Virus record (IMG/VR): IMGVR_UViG_3300021432_000002
Coordinates: 124 to 64,123 of that record
Length of the DNA: 64,000 nt
Reading direction: 5' to 3' (one strand)
Source of the DNA: a virus
Taxonomy: Duplodnaviria > Caudoviricetes
This document shows positions 9,301-18,679 of the stretch, in pieces. The position numbers and the translations under genes are program-made. The notes beneath the pieces are model-generated. The model had not been told where the DNA came from and searched no databases. It saw only the letters and a list, made by a program, of their open reading frames with translations. How positions within the stretch are numbered: position 1 is the stretch's first letter; each line of letters opens with the position of its first letter.

Positions 9301-12300
9301 ACATCGTCTGCGCTCAGGGTGGCACTCCAGGTACCAATGGGTTCCAGGTTTCCGCCTCCCTAGCGTCCATTGTGGACAATGGCTTTGGCCCTAGTAACTC
9401 AGCCAATAACTCCAATAATGCCGCGACTTCCTTCCTTGCCAGCACCAGCTTAGGCGCTCAGAACATCGTGACCGTTGGCGGAGGCTTCACTTCAACCGCT
9501 TCCGGTACCTTCACCGCCAACCGCACCGTCACCGAGCCTGACTTCAGCTACACCCGCGCCGGCACCAACATCGCTCAGACCTTCACCGCCAATCAATCCA
9601 TCGCCAACGGCTCCGCGCTCCGGTTCTTCGCTCCCAACGGAACCACCTTCACCGGACTAACCGGTCCCGCGACGAATGGCACAACCGTCACCTTCCAGCT
9701 TCCATCCTCTGATTCCTCCGGCGTCCAGTGCATCTCATCGAACGGCTCCGGCGTCCTAGCCTTCTCGAACTGTTCCGCCGGCACGGGCACCCCTGGCGGC
9801 GCGAACAAGAATTTTCAATACAACAACGCATCCAGCTTCGGCGGCACGTCGAACGGCAACTACACCTCCGCGACCGGAGTGTTCGACTTCGCGCAGCTCG
9901 CCAACTCCAACAACACCATCACCGGTCACCGCTTCACCGATACCTCCCCCACGGGCAACTGGCTGACCTTCCAGAACGCCGCTCTCAACTCCACTCTCTT
10001 CAACGTGGACGTGGCGGGGAACCTGACCGCCAACTCCGCGACGCTCACTACTCCACTCGCGTTCGCAAACGGGGGCACGAACAGCGCGGCGGGATTCACC
10101 AACAATCAACTCGTCGTCGCATCCTCTGGCGCGCTCGCCTCCCTCACAGGTACCCTCACCGGAACCAATCCCGTGCTGACCCTGACCTCCGCCGCGATCG
10201 GAAATGTGCCGTTCGCGCTCAACACTCCCGCCTCCCCGACCGCCGACCTGTTCGACCTGAACATCAACGCAGTCAAGACTTCATGGTTCGACAACACCGG
10301 AGTCGTCCACGCGCCGTCCTTCACCGCGACTGGCTCCGGCCCTCTGGTCCTGAGCGGCACGGAAGGCGCGTGTCCCTCGCCCGCAGCGGGCATAGACATC
10401 CTCTGTCTCGGCAACTCCTCTACCCACACTATTCAGAGCAGTCTCAACGGCACGACCTTCAAGGATAATTCCCAGTGGACCAACAGCAATCCCATCGCGC
10501 ATGGCGTGGCTCTCGTTGGCGTAACCTTTCCACAGGTTGCCTCCACGGGTGCCGGAACTAGCGGCCAGCCGCTTATTTCCGGCGGCGCGTCCGCAGATCC
10601 GGCTTACGGGACTCTAGGCGCGGTCGGAGGCGGCACGGGTAACGCGACAAACACCGCGCATGGCGTCCTGGTCGGAGAGGGCACTTCCCCCGTGGCGCTC
10701 GTCGGGCCGGACGCTACCTCCAATCAGCCTCTACTGTCCGCAGGGGCCTCCGCTGATCCTGTATTCGGCGCACTCCCCCTTGGCAACGCGAGCGCGGTTT
10801 CTGGAGTCCTCCCCACCGCGAATGGCGGGACCGGAGCGTCCTCTCTCTCCGGCGCGAACATCGCCACGGTCACCGGAGCCATTACCATCGGAGATTGTAC
10901 CAAATGGAGTTCTAGCACAGTTATCACCGACTCCGGCTCCCCTTGTGGCGGCGGTTCGGCTCCGGCACGGCTCGACCAAATCACCCCCGCGACCGCCTCG
11001 AACACCATCAACTCGACCGTCAATCCGCAAATCTGGAACTGGGCGCTCACTGGCTCCACGACCGCCTTCAAGTTCGGCGAGAACACCGCTGCTACCGGAA
11101 GCAATAACGTTCTCCTCCAATCGTCTACTCTCAACACCTCGACGGCGGTTCCCTTTCAAGCCGACAGCAACGGCAACGGCTATCAGCTTTCAAGCGCCGG
11201 ATTGCTCAAGCCGATAGGCACCGGGGCCTTCGCCACCCCCGGTGCCGCGCACAACCTCGTCGTGAGCCAAGCGGGTTCCACGTCCGTGACCTACATCCCT
11301 CCGGTAACCGCCGGAAAGGTGCTCATTGATAACGGACCAGGGAACGACCCTTCCTTCCAAGACCCAATCGTCTCTCAAGCCTTCGTGAACCTCTGGACCG
11401 CGCAGGACATCACCGTGACGCGCACCAGCGCGAACGTCCGCAACCCGATTTTCAGTCAAACCGGCACGTTCCAAATCACCTTCGCGTCCATCACTGGCTC
11501 GCCTTCTGGCTGCACCCTGCAAGTCCGAGGCGTGGACTCCCAGGCGAACGTGCTCAACAATGGCTCGACCTTGAGCGTCACCCCGTCGAACGGCACGACC
11601 TCGCAGACCTTCACCGCTTCCGCGACGCTCCAGACAGCGGCGCAGATTTCCGTCGTCTATGCCTGCTCGACCTACCCGACCGCCGGAACCCTCACCCTCG
11701 ACTTCACTCCTATCCCGAATGTGAACGTGACGAACACGGTGACGGTGAGCGGTACCGTGACCACTACACCGCCCGCGAACGCCTCCACCAACGTTACGCA
11801 ATTCGGCGGGAACGCCGTAGCCACTGGCACAGGCGCGGGCGGCGTCGGCATCCCGCGAGTCACCATCTCGAACGATTCCTCCCTCGCCGCGAATCAATCG
11901 GTCAACGTCGCGCAGGTGGCGGGGACGGCCACTGACACCAACAGCGGCACCAAGTCGGCAGGCACGCAGAGGATAGTCATTGCCACGGACCAGCCGCAAC
12001 TCACGAACGCCTTGAAGGTGGATGGCTCGGCGGTCACGCAGCCCGTCAGTGGCACGGTCACGGCCAACGCGGGGACCGGAAACTTCAATGCCATCGGCAC
12101 CTTGTCCAGCAACGGTGCCGCAGCCGCGACGAATCGCGTCGGCGTGCTTGAAGGAATCGCGCAGACCGATTATAACAACGGCACCGCAGCCACTCAGGGA
12201 AGAGACGTTGCCCCGAACGTTGGGACGGATGGCCTATTGTGGACGGCTAATCTCCCAGCGATGCGCCCCGCAAGCTATGTGGCGTCGAAGAAGTTCGCGG

Positions 12301-12755
12301 CTAGTTCCACCACCGATGTCGCCGTCTTGCCGGGGAATGCAACTAACACAGTGCTCGTAACCCGCGTCCTGCTCTCCTGCACCCAAACGACCGCAGGCAA
12401 CGTGAACGTGGAGATGATTGTCCGCTCGACCGCCGACACCAGCGGAACGTCCGCAGCCATGACGGTCGTGCCGGATGACTCTAACTACGCGGCGGGATCG
12501 AGCGCCCCTCTCTCCTACACCGGCACCGGTCCTACAGTCGGCACGGCGGTAGGCGACGTGGACAACTATCAACTCGGCTGCATGGCATCCGGAACAGCCA
12601 CTCCGAATGACATTTACGTCCTGAACCGCCGCCAGAAGCCCATCGTCCTTCGCGGCACGGCGCAGCAGTTAGCCATCAACCTCGGCGGAGCGGTCACTGG
12701 CGGGAACATCACCGTGACCTTCGAGTGGCTTGAGGTCAAGACCATAACGCCATGA
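6351..12755 (+). CDS. 2134-aa tail fibre/tailspike with N-terminal Sec signal peptide
   Basis: Signal peptide MVSRITIKNILFLFALVLLAPLARG; virion-attachment-like ATIFSD..GTPL.NPF.A..NG...FY...GRYDV; split pectate-lyase-type entry (VVDVTQYG...DNAPNF..A.....YFP.G.TY); LPTANGGTG fibre motifs; about 21 Cys, mostly paired. Confidence 0.8.
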   Translation: MVSRITIKNILFLFALVLLAPLARGNQNAQGWCEVGATPVVTSGLTSTTTVQASYPACTVTVFVHGAGLATIFSDNNGTPLSNPFTAQANGRWQFYSANGRYDVQLSGAGFPTPVTYSDVVLQDAANQQAALPNTTLTFSATPVLNVTNNVSYTMTLTGNVTSSTTTGTPANGNILSLTLVEDGVGGRTFAFPANFIIPLGYTLDTVPLHTNAITFKFDGTNWNVISNSGTSGGGGSAAQGVVGTVQTSNGAGVLAASGEVDTGTAFNVSRDAHFKGPNPVVDVTQYGVRSACASAAPCAPGITATTTSGLPTITLSSASTFQNGDGVTIYGAGAAHSMTTPTAPTVTPSLSAGPAVTGPVVNGPSGSTTYNYKVMARNTAQGLTAASATGSTTTGVSTLGYSTVGITSQSRSGTVTTVTTSSAHGLAVGVKVNIFQATDGPEFSGWFIVATVPDTTHFTYTNGIDAAGIITSTTSTGGTVSWEECNHLTWPAVTGASQYVIYSDRANPGTFAPIGISEPNVTSWDDYGSPMMDGLLLPYFIPSTPPVAATSNSLTTTILSGAGTTSLTLNANAGTSVSGATILFDNAPNFVTAVAAGGTTYFPAGGTYVFNSYVTTNASVSIGGQLWLNDTMQVQGKWTGSLTPTNTNAPQFSFEAENIVNVNRANPGLYSAAFNSSTLRGLTFSPQGKSGRAILMQGSIQGNYEWLNCALLSADYTGICLELHGVTADVFFNTFRNIAFTSPQGLNTSAPLLALSGVGVAHGVGITQMENFSLSGRGIHSDASEFYVRGGRCQACSAPIFTYVASAQSRIENIDQDTMTPSLIANFGAQSSLYIKNSGSPSFDGVSSQPVITGKPFGSVAGDGVSGQNTNQGNFGFTSGWSGTKISSGTAVANFGQGSSASIGYQMTTGTPTVSISGATGPAAGTYYYSLEAVDALGNATAPGNPSTSITVNGSQGVLITFPTRASGQVFWNVCRSLTTPSNIVCAQGGTPGTNGFQVSASLASIVDNGFGPSNSANNSNNAATSFLASTSLGAQNIVTVGGGFTSTASGTFTANRTVTEPDFSYTRAGTNIAQTFTANQSIANGSALRFFAPNGTTFTGLTGPATNGTTVTFQLPSSDSSGVQCISSNGSGVLAFSNCSAGTGTPGGANKNFQYNNASSFGGTSNGNYTSATGVFDFAQLANSNNTITGHRFTDTSPTGNWLTFQNAALNSTLFNVDVAGNLTANSATLTTPLAFANGGTNSAAGFTNNQLVVASSGALASLTGTLTGTNPVLTLTSAAIGNVPFALNTPASPTADLFDLNINAVKTSWFDNTGVVHAPSFTATGSGPLVLSGTEGACPSPAAGIDILCLGNSSTHTIQSSLNGTTFKDNSQWTNSNPIAHGVALVGVTFPQVASTGAGTSGQPLISGGASADPAYGTLGAVGGGTGNATNTAHGVLVGEGTSPVALVGPDATSNQPLLSAGASADPVFGALPLGNASAVSGVLPTANGGTGASSLSGANIATVTGAITIGDCTKWSSSTVITDSGSPCGGGSAPARLDQITPATASNTINSTVNPQIWNWALTGSTTAFKFGENTAATGSNNVLLQSSTLNTSTAVPFQADSNGNGYQLSSAGLLKPIGTGAFATPGAAHNLVVSQAGSTSVTYIPPVTAGKVLIDNGPGNDPSFQDPIVSQAFVNLWTAQDITVTRTSANVRNPIFSQTGTFQITFASITGSPSGCTLQVRGVDSQANVLNNGSTLSVTPSNGTTSQTFTASATLQTAAQISVVYACSTYPTAGTLTLDFTPIPNVNVTNTVTVSGTVTTTPPANASTNVTQFGGNAVATGTGAGGVGIPRVTISNDSSLAANQSVNVAQVAGTATDTNSGTKSAGTQRIVIATDQPQLTNALKVDGSAVTQPVSGTVTANAGTGNFNAIGTLSSNGAAAATNRVGVLEGIAQTDYNNGTAATQGRDVAPNVGTDGLLWTANLPAMRPASYVASKKFAASSTTDVAVLPGNATNTVLVTRVLLSCTQTTAGNVNVEMIVRSTADTSGTSAAMTVVPDDSNYAAGSSAPLSYTGTGPTVGTAVGDVDNYQLGCMASGTATPNDIYVLNRRQKPIVLRGTAQQLAINLGGAVTGGNITVTFEWLEVKTITP

Positions 12756-13513
12756 CTATGATAAAAAGGCTGGCCTTATATATCCTGCTGTCTCTGCTCC
12801 CGTCTCCCTTGATGGCGACGCTTGCCGTGGTCCAAGCCGCCAACAATCTATCCACCGCAGCCACCGCCACGACGATTACCGTGACGACCACTTCTGGCAA
12901 TCTGTTGGTCATTCTCGCCGCCGAGGGCGCGAACAATACCGCGACCGTGACCATCTCCGACAGCGCATCGCAGACTTGGACGCAGGTTGGCGGCTATATC
13001 AGTCCGAATACGTCCAGCCGCACATCCATGTGGTATATCCCAAACTCAGCGAGTGTGACGAGCATCACCGCGACATGGAGCAACAATCCTGGCTCACTGA
13101 GCACAACCGTCCGCGCGGTCATGTATGAAATCTCCGGTGCGGCGACAGCCTCTCCGCTCGAAACCTCCAATACCTCCAGCAGCGCGAGCGTCGCGACGAC
13201 CCTGACTACCGGAGCCATCACAACCTCGAATGCCAACGACATTCTCATCGACGGAACCAACGTGGGCGCCAATCAAGGCACCACTTGGTCCACTGGCGCT
13301 GGCTTCACCTTGCCGTCAAATTCCACGAACGATCGCGTGGCGATGTCCTATCAAGTCGTCTCGGCTACGCAGTCCAGCATAGCGACCTCGATAAGCTGGA
13401 CGAGCACCGCGACTTCCTGTGTCAGCATTTTCGCCGCGTTCAAGGCGTCGTCCGGCGGAGCCGCGAGTGCTGGAGCGAACACTCAAAGGAAGCGGGAGCG
13501 GATAGATGACTAG
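12752..13513 (+). CDS. Secreted Ser/Thr-rich beta-sandwich protein (fibre accessory or tip?)
   Basis: Signal peptide ending LMA; GNLLVI..A and YEISGA motifs; ATGA coupling to the fibre gene. Confidence 0.7.
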   Translation: MTMIKRLALYILLSLLPSPLMATLAVVQAANNLSTAATATTITVTTTSGNLLVILAAEGANNTATVTISDSASQTWTQVGGYISPNTSSRTSMWYIPNSASVTSITATWSNNPGSLSTTVRAVMYEISGAATASPLETSNTSSSASVATTLTTGAITTSNANDILIDGTNVGANQGTTWSTGAGFTLPSNSTNDRVAMSYQVVSATQSSIATSISWTSTATSCVSIFAAFKASSGGAASAGANTQRKRERIDD

Positions 13514-16500
13514 AAACCTTCTAATCCTGCTGCTCATCTTGCTACTCGTCCCCGCAGCCACCTTGAGTCAAGCCGTCGTGAATCACTATCTCTATGTGTT
13601 CGTGCCCGGCAGCATCTACGTCTACGACATGGACAACAATATGGCTCTGGTAAAACAGAAGCCATTCGCGCCCACCGCGACCCTAAGCGCGGTCCACATA
13701 CGCGGCGCGGTTTCCAGTGCCGTCACGGGAATGCTGTATATCAGCTACGGGAGCTACGGACCTGGAGGCGGCGGCCAACTCAGCAAATACAACGTGGCGA
13801 CCGATACAATCGTGTGGTCGCAGACCTACGCCAGTTTCTCGATCGACAATATGTCGATCTCTCCCGATGGCACGAAGATTTACATGCCTGATGGAGAAAC
13901 TTCCGGCAACGGCAACGTAATGGTCATCGACGCGGGAACGGGCAACCTCCTGACGACGTACACGACCGCCGGCACTGGTCCTCACAATACCTGGATCAAT
14001 CCAGCAGGCACGCATCTATACGTCGGGCCGCGCGTTAGCAACCAAGCGTTCGAGTTGAATGCCGCGACCGGAGCGACCATCCAGACATTCGCATCGGTCG
14101 GGACCAACTTCGGCAACGGTGTCCGACCATTCACTCCAGACCCCACGGAGACATACTTCTTCGTGACGACATCGGGGATCGTGGAGTTCTTCACGCAGAG
14201 TGTCGCCACGGGAGCCACGCTATTCACCAGCGTCCCGCCCGGATTCGCGCATACCGGTTCGTTCCCGCTGAACGGCAACAATATCAGCGGCACGGTGCAT
14301 GGCATCGAAGTCTCCGCAGACGGCAAGTATGTATGGATGATCGACCTTCCGGGTAATGCCGTTCACAAATTCGACGTGACCGGGCTCCCCACGTTCGCGC
14401 CCGTGGATGTCGCGGACATACATCTAAGCTGCACGATGACGGACGAAGGCTGGCTGACGCGCAGTTTTGACGGCAGGTTCATCTTCGTCGGGGATTGCGG
14501 TGATGTCATTTCCACCAGCACGAACGCCATCGTCGCCAATGCCGCGCAGATGCTCAACACACGCATCTACACGGAGATAGACCTACAAAGCAATACCGTC
14601 GTAGCCGGGGCTCTGACCAAGAATGGGACGTGGAACGTTCCCGGTCCCGGCGTCGCGTCGGCCAATCCAGCCTCCTACGCCTTTGGAAATGTATCGACCG
14701 GGAGCAGTCCAAAGGAAGTCATCACCATCACCAACACGGGCGGCGTAGCCTTCTCGATGTCTGCGGCGACGGTGACCGGAACCAACGCCTCGGACTTCAC
14801 CATAGACGCCGGAACCACGACCTGCGGCACTTCCGTGACTACGATGCTGGTGGGAGGCACCTGCACGGTGGGGGTCATTTTCACTCCGTCCGCGATTCAG
14901 TCGGAATCCGCCACCCTGAACCTGAACGACACCGCGCTCAACTTTCCGCAAACGGTGAACTTTACCGGAGCGGGCGTAGCCAGCACCGCGCTCACGACCT
15001 GCGGCACGCTGGGCACGGCCAATGCGACGTACCAGTTACAGAACAATGTCTCATCGGCAGGCACCTGCTTCACGATTACCGCGAATAACGTCACACTCGA
15101 TTTGAAAGGATTCACCGTCACTTACGACACGGGAGCCACGGCATCGGTGAATGGCCTCTCCGCCGCTGGCTCCGTGACCGGAATCCATCTCACCTCGTCC
15201 GTCGCTGGAGGAACGATAGCCGAAAGCACGGCATGTAAGACGAACGTGCAGACGACTTCGGGTGGATTATGCCAATCGGCGGATGTCATAGCCGTTGGAG
15301 CCCATGCGGAAATTGACCATCTCACATTAGTCGATTATGGCTTGGATAACCGGGCAATCTTCGTCGGCAGCAGCGGGAATAGTCTCTCCATCCACGACAA
15401 CACGCTCTGCCCGTACCACACCAAGAGCACCCTCACCCACTTTGCCGTGTTCGGGGAAATTCACGTATTGAGCTTCGCGGGCGTCGGCAGCATCACCAAC
15501 AACACCATCGGCACGGCCTGCTCCAGCATCACTGGTCAACCGAATGGATTCGGCTACGTCGGTATCTACATGGGCGCTCCTGGCACGCAGACGAGCACGC
15601 TTGAAATTACCCATAACACGATTTCGATGGCCGCCCCCGTCCGCGACGGATACGCGATAGAGTTCGGCTGCTCGGCCAACACGGACATCAACTTCGAGGT
15701 GGCTTTCAATACCATCACGCAGGTAAGCGGACGCGGCATCCTAGCCGCTGGCTTCATAGACCAGAACAGTCCCGGCTGCAACGACGGGACAATCCACGAT
15801 AATGTCGTCTCCACTAAGGAAGCCGCCAACGAAGGATTCAGCCAAGGCGACCCTCTCGGCATTCAGTTACGCTTTGGCGCGCACAACATTCGCATCTTCA
15901 ACAACACCATCTCAAACTTCTCCGGCCCCGGCGTATGTCCGGCGCAGTTCTTTACGGACACCGGCTCCGATTGCGTTTCGCAAGCAGCCATCAAGTTGAT
16001 GGGCGGCTCCAGTGCAGTAAATAATCAAGCCTCCAACAATACGATCAACTCGGTGACTACCTCGGCGACCTTCCCCGTGAGCGGCCTCTATGGTGACTTC
16101 ATCCCGCCCGACAGTATCTCAGGCTTCTTCAACAACACGGTGACGAGCAACGGCATCCTCACGGACATGAGCCAAGCGGACGGCTGCGGCAGCGGGTGGA
16201 ACATCAAGGGCAATACCTTTATCGCGGGCGCGAACCCTCTCAACTTCCTGACCTATCACCCGTGGTGGTTCTGCGTCTCTCCCGCCACGACCGACAACAA
16301 CATCTTCACGGATAATCTCTATCAAGGCGCGGGCAACAATCCGGACAATATCAACGGCCCTCCGTCCGGCGGAGGCAATCACTTTAGCTACTTCGTCAAG
16401 TGGTCGTATCACGTCCTGGTGCGGGATAGCGTGACCGCAGCTCCCATCTCCGGAGCCACGGTGACCGCAGTCGCCACTGGCGGCGGTTCCGAGACAGTGA

Positions 16501-17081
16501 CGGGGACGACGGACGCCACCGGCAACGCCACCTTGGTGTTGACGGACCACTCCGCCTCGGGGACCAGCCCGTCCTCGCCAACCAGAGTCAACTATACTCC
16601 GCACAGCATTACGGTGAGCGCGCCAGCTTACACCTCCATTAACTACAACACTACCGTTACAGGAAAGCTGACGGAGGTTCACTCCCTAGTCGCTTCCGGA
16701 CAAAGCCCAGCGGCCACCTTTAGCCCTGCGTCCTTGGACTTCGGCGGGATCAAGATAGGACTCTCGTCCGTCTCGCAATCCATCGTGCTGACGAACACGG
16801 GGACATCGGTAATGAACATAGCGTCAGTGGGGATTGCGGGAACGACTCCAGGGGATTACAGCTTTACCACCACCTGCGGCTCCACGCTGGCCGTGAGTGC
16901 TAACTGCTCGGTGACCATAACGTTCACGCCCATAGCCATCGGCAGACGAAACGCCAGCGTTAGCGTAAGTAGTAATACCTCGACCAGTCCAGATACGGTA
17001 CCATTGAGCGGGGTGGGATTCTTCCCCATAAGCGGGACGGGGAGCGTGAGCGGAACGGGAACGGTTGTGGTTCAGCCCTAA
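13506..17081 (+). CDS. Secreted multidomain protein: YncE/YVTN beta-propeller, ASH/choice-of-anchor D Ig, right-handed beta-helix, carboxypeptidase-regulatory-like domain, second ASH Ig
   Basis: Signal peptide; SISPDGTKIY-type blades; two P.S..FG...V.TNTG...C....GTC.V...F.P Ig repeats; IHDN/ITHN/IFNN helix turns; PISGATVTA...TTDATG. Confidence 0.8.
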   Translation: MTRNLLILLLILLLVPAATLSQAVVNHYLYVFVPGSIYVYDMDNNMALVKQKPFAPTATLSAVHIRGAVSSAVTGMLYISYGSYGPGGGGQLSKYNVATDTIVWSQTYASFSIDNMSISPDGTKIYMPDGETSGNGNVMVIDAGTGNLLTTYTTAGTGPHNTWINPAGTHLYVGPRVSNQAFELNAATGATIQTFASVGTNFGNGVRPFTPDPTETYFFVTTSGIVEFFTQSVATGATLFTSVPPGFAHTGSFPLNGNNISGTVHGIEVSADGKYVWMIDLPGNAVHKFDVTGLPTFAPVDVADIHLSCTMTDEGWLTRSFDGRFIFVGDCGDVISTSTNAIVANAAQMLNTRIYTEIDLQSNTVVAGALTKNGTWNVPGPGVASANPASYAFGNVSTGSSPKEVITITNTGGVAFSMSAATVTGTNASDFTIDAGTTTCGTSVTTMLVGGTCTVGVIFTPSAIQSESATLNLNDTALNFPQTVNFTGAGVASTALTTCGTLGTANATYQLQNNVSSAGTCFTITANNVTLDLKGFTVTYDTGATASVNGLSAAGSVTGIHLTSSVAGGTIAESTACKTNVQTTSGGLCQSADVIAVGAHAEIDHLTLVDYGLDNRAIFVGSSGNSLSIHDNTLCPYHTKSTLTHFAVFGEIHVLSFAGVGSITNNTIGTACSSITGQPNGFGYVGIYMGAPGTQTSTLEITHNTISMAAPVRDGYAIEFGCSANTDINFEVAFNTITQVSGRGILAAGFIDQNSPGCNDGTIHDNVVSTKEAANEGFSQGDPLGIQLRFGAHNIRIFNNTISNFSGPGVCPAQFFTDTGSDCVSQAAIKLMGGSSAVNNQASNNTINSVTTSATFPVSGLYGDFIPPDSISGFFNNTVTSNGILTDMSQADGCGSGWNIKGNTFIAGANPLNFLTYHPWWFCVSPATTDNNIFTDNLYQGAGNNPDNINGPPSGGGNHFSYFVKWSYHVLVRDSVTAAPISGATVTAVATGGGSETVTGTTDATGNATLVLTDHSASGTSPSSPTRVNYTPHSITVSAPAYTSINYNTTVTGKLTEVHSLVASGQSPAATFSPASLDFGGIKIGLSSVSQSIVLTNTGTSVMNIASVGIAGTTPGDYSFTTTCGSTLAVSANCSVTITFTPIAIGRRNASVSVSSNTSTSPDTVPLSGVGFFPISGTGSVSGTGTVVVQP

Positions 17082-17091
17082 AGGAGGGGAC

Positions 17092-17472
17092 ATGGCGGCG
17101 AGGAGAATGTTACTGGGAGTGAGTTTGGTCTTGGCGTTTATCTTGGGAGCCTTGGTGAAGGAGCGGAGCGTCAAGGCTCAAAGCATCAGCGTTCTGCAAG
17201 TGAGCGGAAGCTACGCCTCACACGCCGCTTGCGTGGTCGTACCAGCGCAGACGACCGCGTGCCTGGCTAGTGACGGCGTGTGGGTGTCGCTGAACGGCGC
17301 GGCGTTTGCTCAGGTGGGCGCGGGTACGACTGGAGTGACTTCCTTCAATGGCCGCACCGGAGCGGTGGTTCCGGTCGCGTCCGATTATCCGGATGCGGTG
17401 ACGAGCGTGAACGGCAAGACGGGAGCGGTGGTCATCTCGGCCACTACTTCTGCGACTACGACGTTGCAGTAA
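17092..17472 (+). CDS. Small secreted protein with phage tail-fibre repeats
   Basis: RBS AAGGAGG; signal peptide ending VKA/Q; one Cys pair; GVTSFNGRTGAV and AVTSVNGKTGAV repeats. Confidence 0.75.
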   Translation: MAARRMLLGVSLVLAFILGALVKERSVKAQSISVLQVSGSYASHAACVVVPAQTTACLASDGVWVSLNGAAFAQVGAGTTGVTSFNGRTGAVVPVASDYPDAVTSVNGKTGAVVISATTSATTTLQ

Positions 17473-17482
17473 GGGGGCGAGA

Positions 17483-17812
17483 ATGAAGCTCAACTGGGAA
17501 GGCTGGCTCTACGGGCTTGGCTCGGGATTCATTGGCGGCGGGGCCGGAGCCGTGGGCGCGGCTATCGCGGAAGTTTATGTCAGCCGTGGACAAGTCGTGG
17601 ACCTCCATCACCTGCTTGCGCTCGCTGGAACAGCTTTCATTGTAACGGGGATAATTTCTGCTGCTGCCTACTTAGCGAAGTCCCCACTTCCACCTATTGA
17701 GCCTACGATTACAACTGTTTCGACAACTAGCGGACCAAGTGATACTTCTCATACGACGACGACGACGGTACAGAGTGGCGGGACCGCTCCAGTGCAGGAC
17801 CCACCAAAGTGA
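17483..17812 (+). CDS. Two-TM membrane protein, holin candidate
   Basis: Two hydrophobic segments followed by AYL.KSPLP. Confidence 0.55.
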   Translation: MKLNWEGWLYGLGSGFIGGGAGAVGAAIAEVYVSRGQVVDLHHLLALAGTAFIVTGIISAAAYLAKSPLPPIEPTITTVSTTSGPSDTSHTTTTTVQSGGTAPVQDPPK

Positions 17813-17815
17813 GAT

Positions 17816-18166
17816 ATGGAGACATGGGCCTTACTACTCAAGGAAGGCGGGGCTATCGCGGCGCTCATCGTTGTGTTGTTTATCGTCAAGGCGTTGCGGA
17901 ATGGCGGGAAGCGGAACGGGAAGCGTTCGGGGGAGATGGACCCTGACGTATGGAAATCATTCATCCGCCAAATCGTGCAGGAGGAGAATGAGCGACAAAT
18001 GGGGGACTTGCGAATGCTGCTAGAAGTCCGGACGGGAACGCTCGTAAAGGAAATCAAGGAACCGATGATGAAGAACCTCGACGATACGCGGCACGACCTA
18101 CGGAATGCGATGCAGACGGCGATTTCCAGCGCGCATCAATTAGGAAAGTTGGAACGCAAGGATTAG
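17816..18166 (+). CDS. Single-pass membrane protein with helical soluble domain
   Basis: N-terminal TM followed by basic residues. Confidence 0.65.
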   Translation: METWALLLKEGGAIAALIVVLFIVKALRNGGKRNGKRSGEMDPDVWKSFIRQIVQEENERQMGDLRMLLEVRTGTLVKEIKEPMMKNLDDTRHDLRNAMQTAISSAHQLGKLERKD

Positions 18167-18182
18167 AACTCGGAGATGATGC

Positions 18183-18434
18183 GTGAGTCCTGCAACGGCG
18201 TTGCTTCTTGGCCTATGTCTCTCCGTCCTGCAATTCCTTGCGTCCATGCTCTATTTCTCCTACAAGATAGGCGTGTACAAGAACAAGGTGGACAGTATTC
18301 CGGAGGTGGACAAAAAGGTATCGGCCCTGCACCTGCGCTTCGATGAGTTCTGGAAGGCCATGATGTCGTATGAAAACAGGCTGGGCCGTGCGGAGGGCGA
18401 GTTGAAACGAGTCAATGGAAAGGGGGGACACTGA
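18183..18434 (+). CDS. Single-pass membrane coiled-coil protein
   Basis: N-terminal TM; C-terminal RLGRAEG coiled coil. Confidence 0.65.
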   Translation: MSPATALLLGLCLSVLQFLASMLYFSYKIGVYKNKVDSIPEVDKKVSALHLRFDEFWKAMMSYENRLGRAEGELKRVNGKGGH

Positions 18435-18679
18435 TGGGATCACCAAGACCGGGGAAGTTTCCCGCAACGATTGATTCTGTGACCGGGAGCATCGGCAAGC
18501 AGGCTCAGGCTACCTTCGGGGCCGACCCCAAGGATGCCGCTTACCTGCTCTCTCAAGTAGGGCAAAGTGGAACACTTGAATGGACGCCCAATCCTGCTGC
18601 TGGCGGCGCTCCTATGGGCGCTGATTCTGGCGCTGCGGGCGAGGCTCCGGGGACCACTCCTCCTGTACCTGGGAGCTGA
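18434..18679 (+). CDS. Hypothetical protein
   Basis: TGATG coupling and RBS; low-complexity tail overlaps the next ORF. Confidence 0.55.
   Translation: MGSPRPGKFPATIDSVTGSIGKQAQATFGADPKDAAYLLSQVGQSGTLEWTPNPAAGGAPMGADSGAAGEAPGTTPPVPGS

Noticed and set aside
6351-17081. Diversity-generating retroelement or invertible fibre cassette
   Set aside because: No reverse transcriptase, recombinase or TR/VR-like duplicate was recognised
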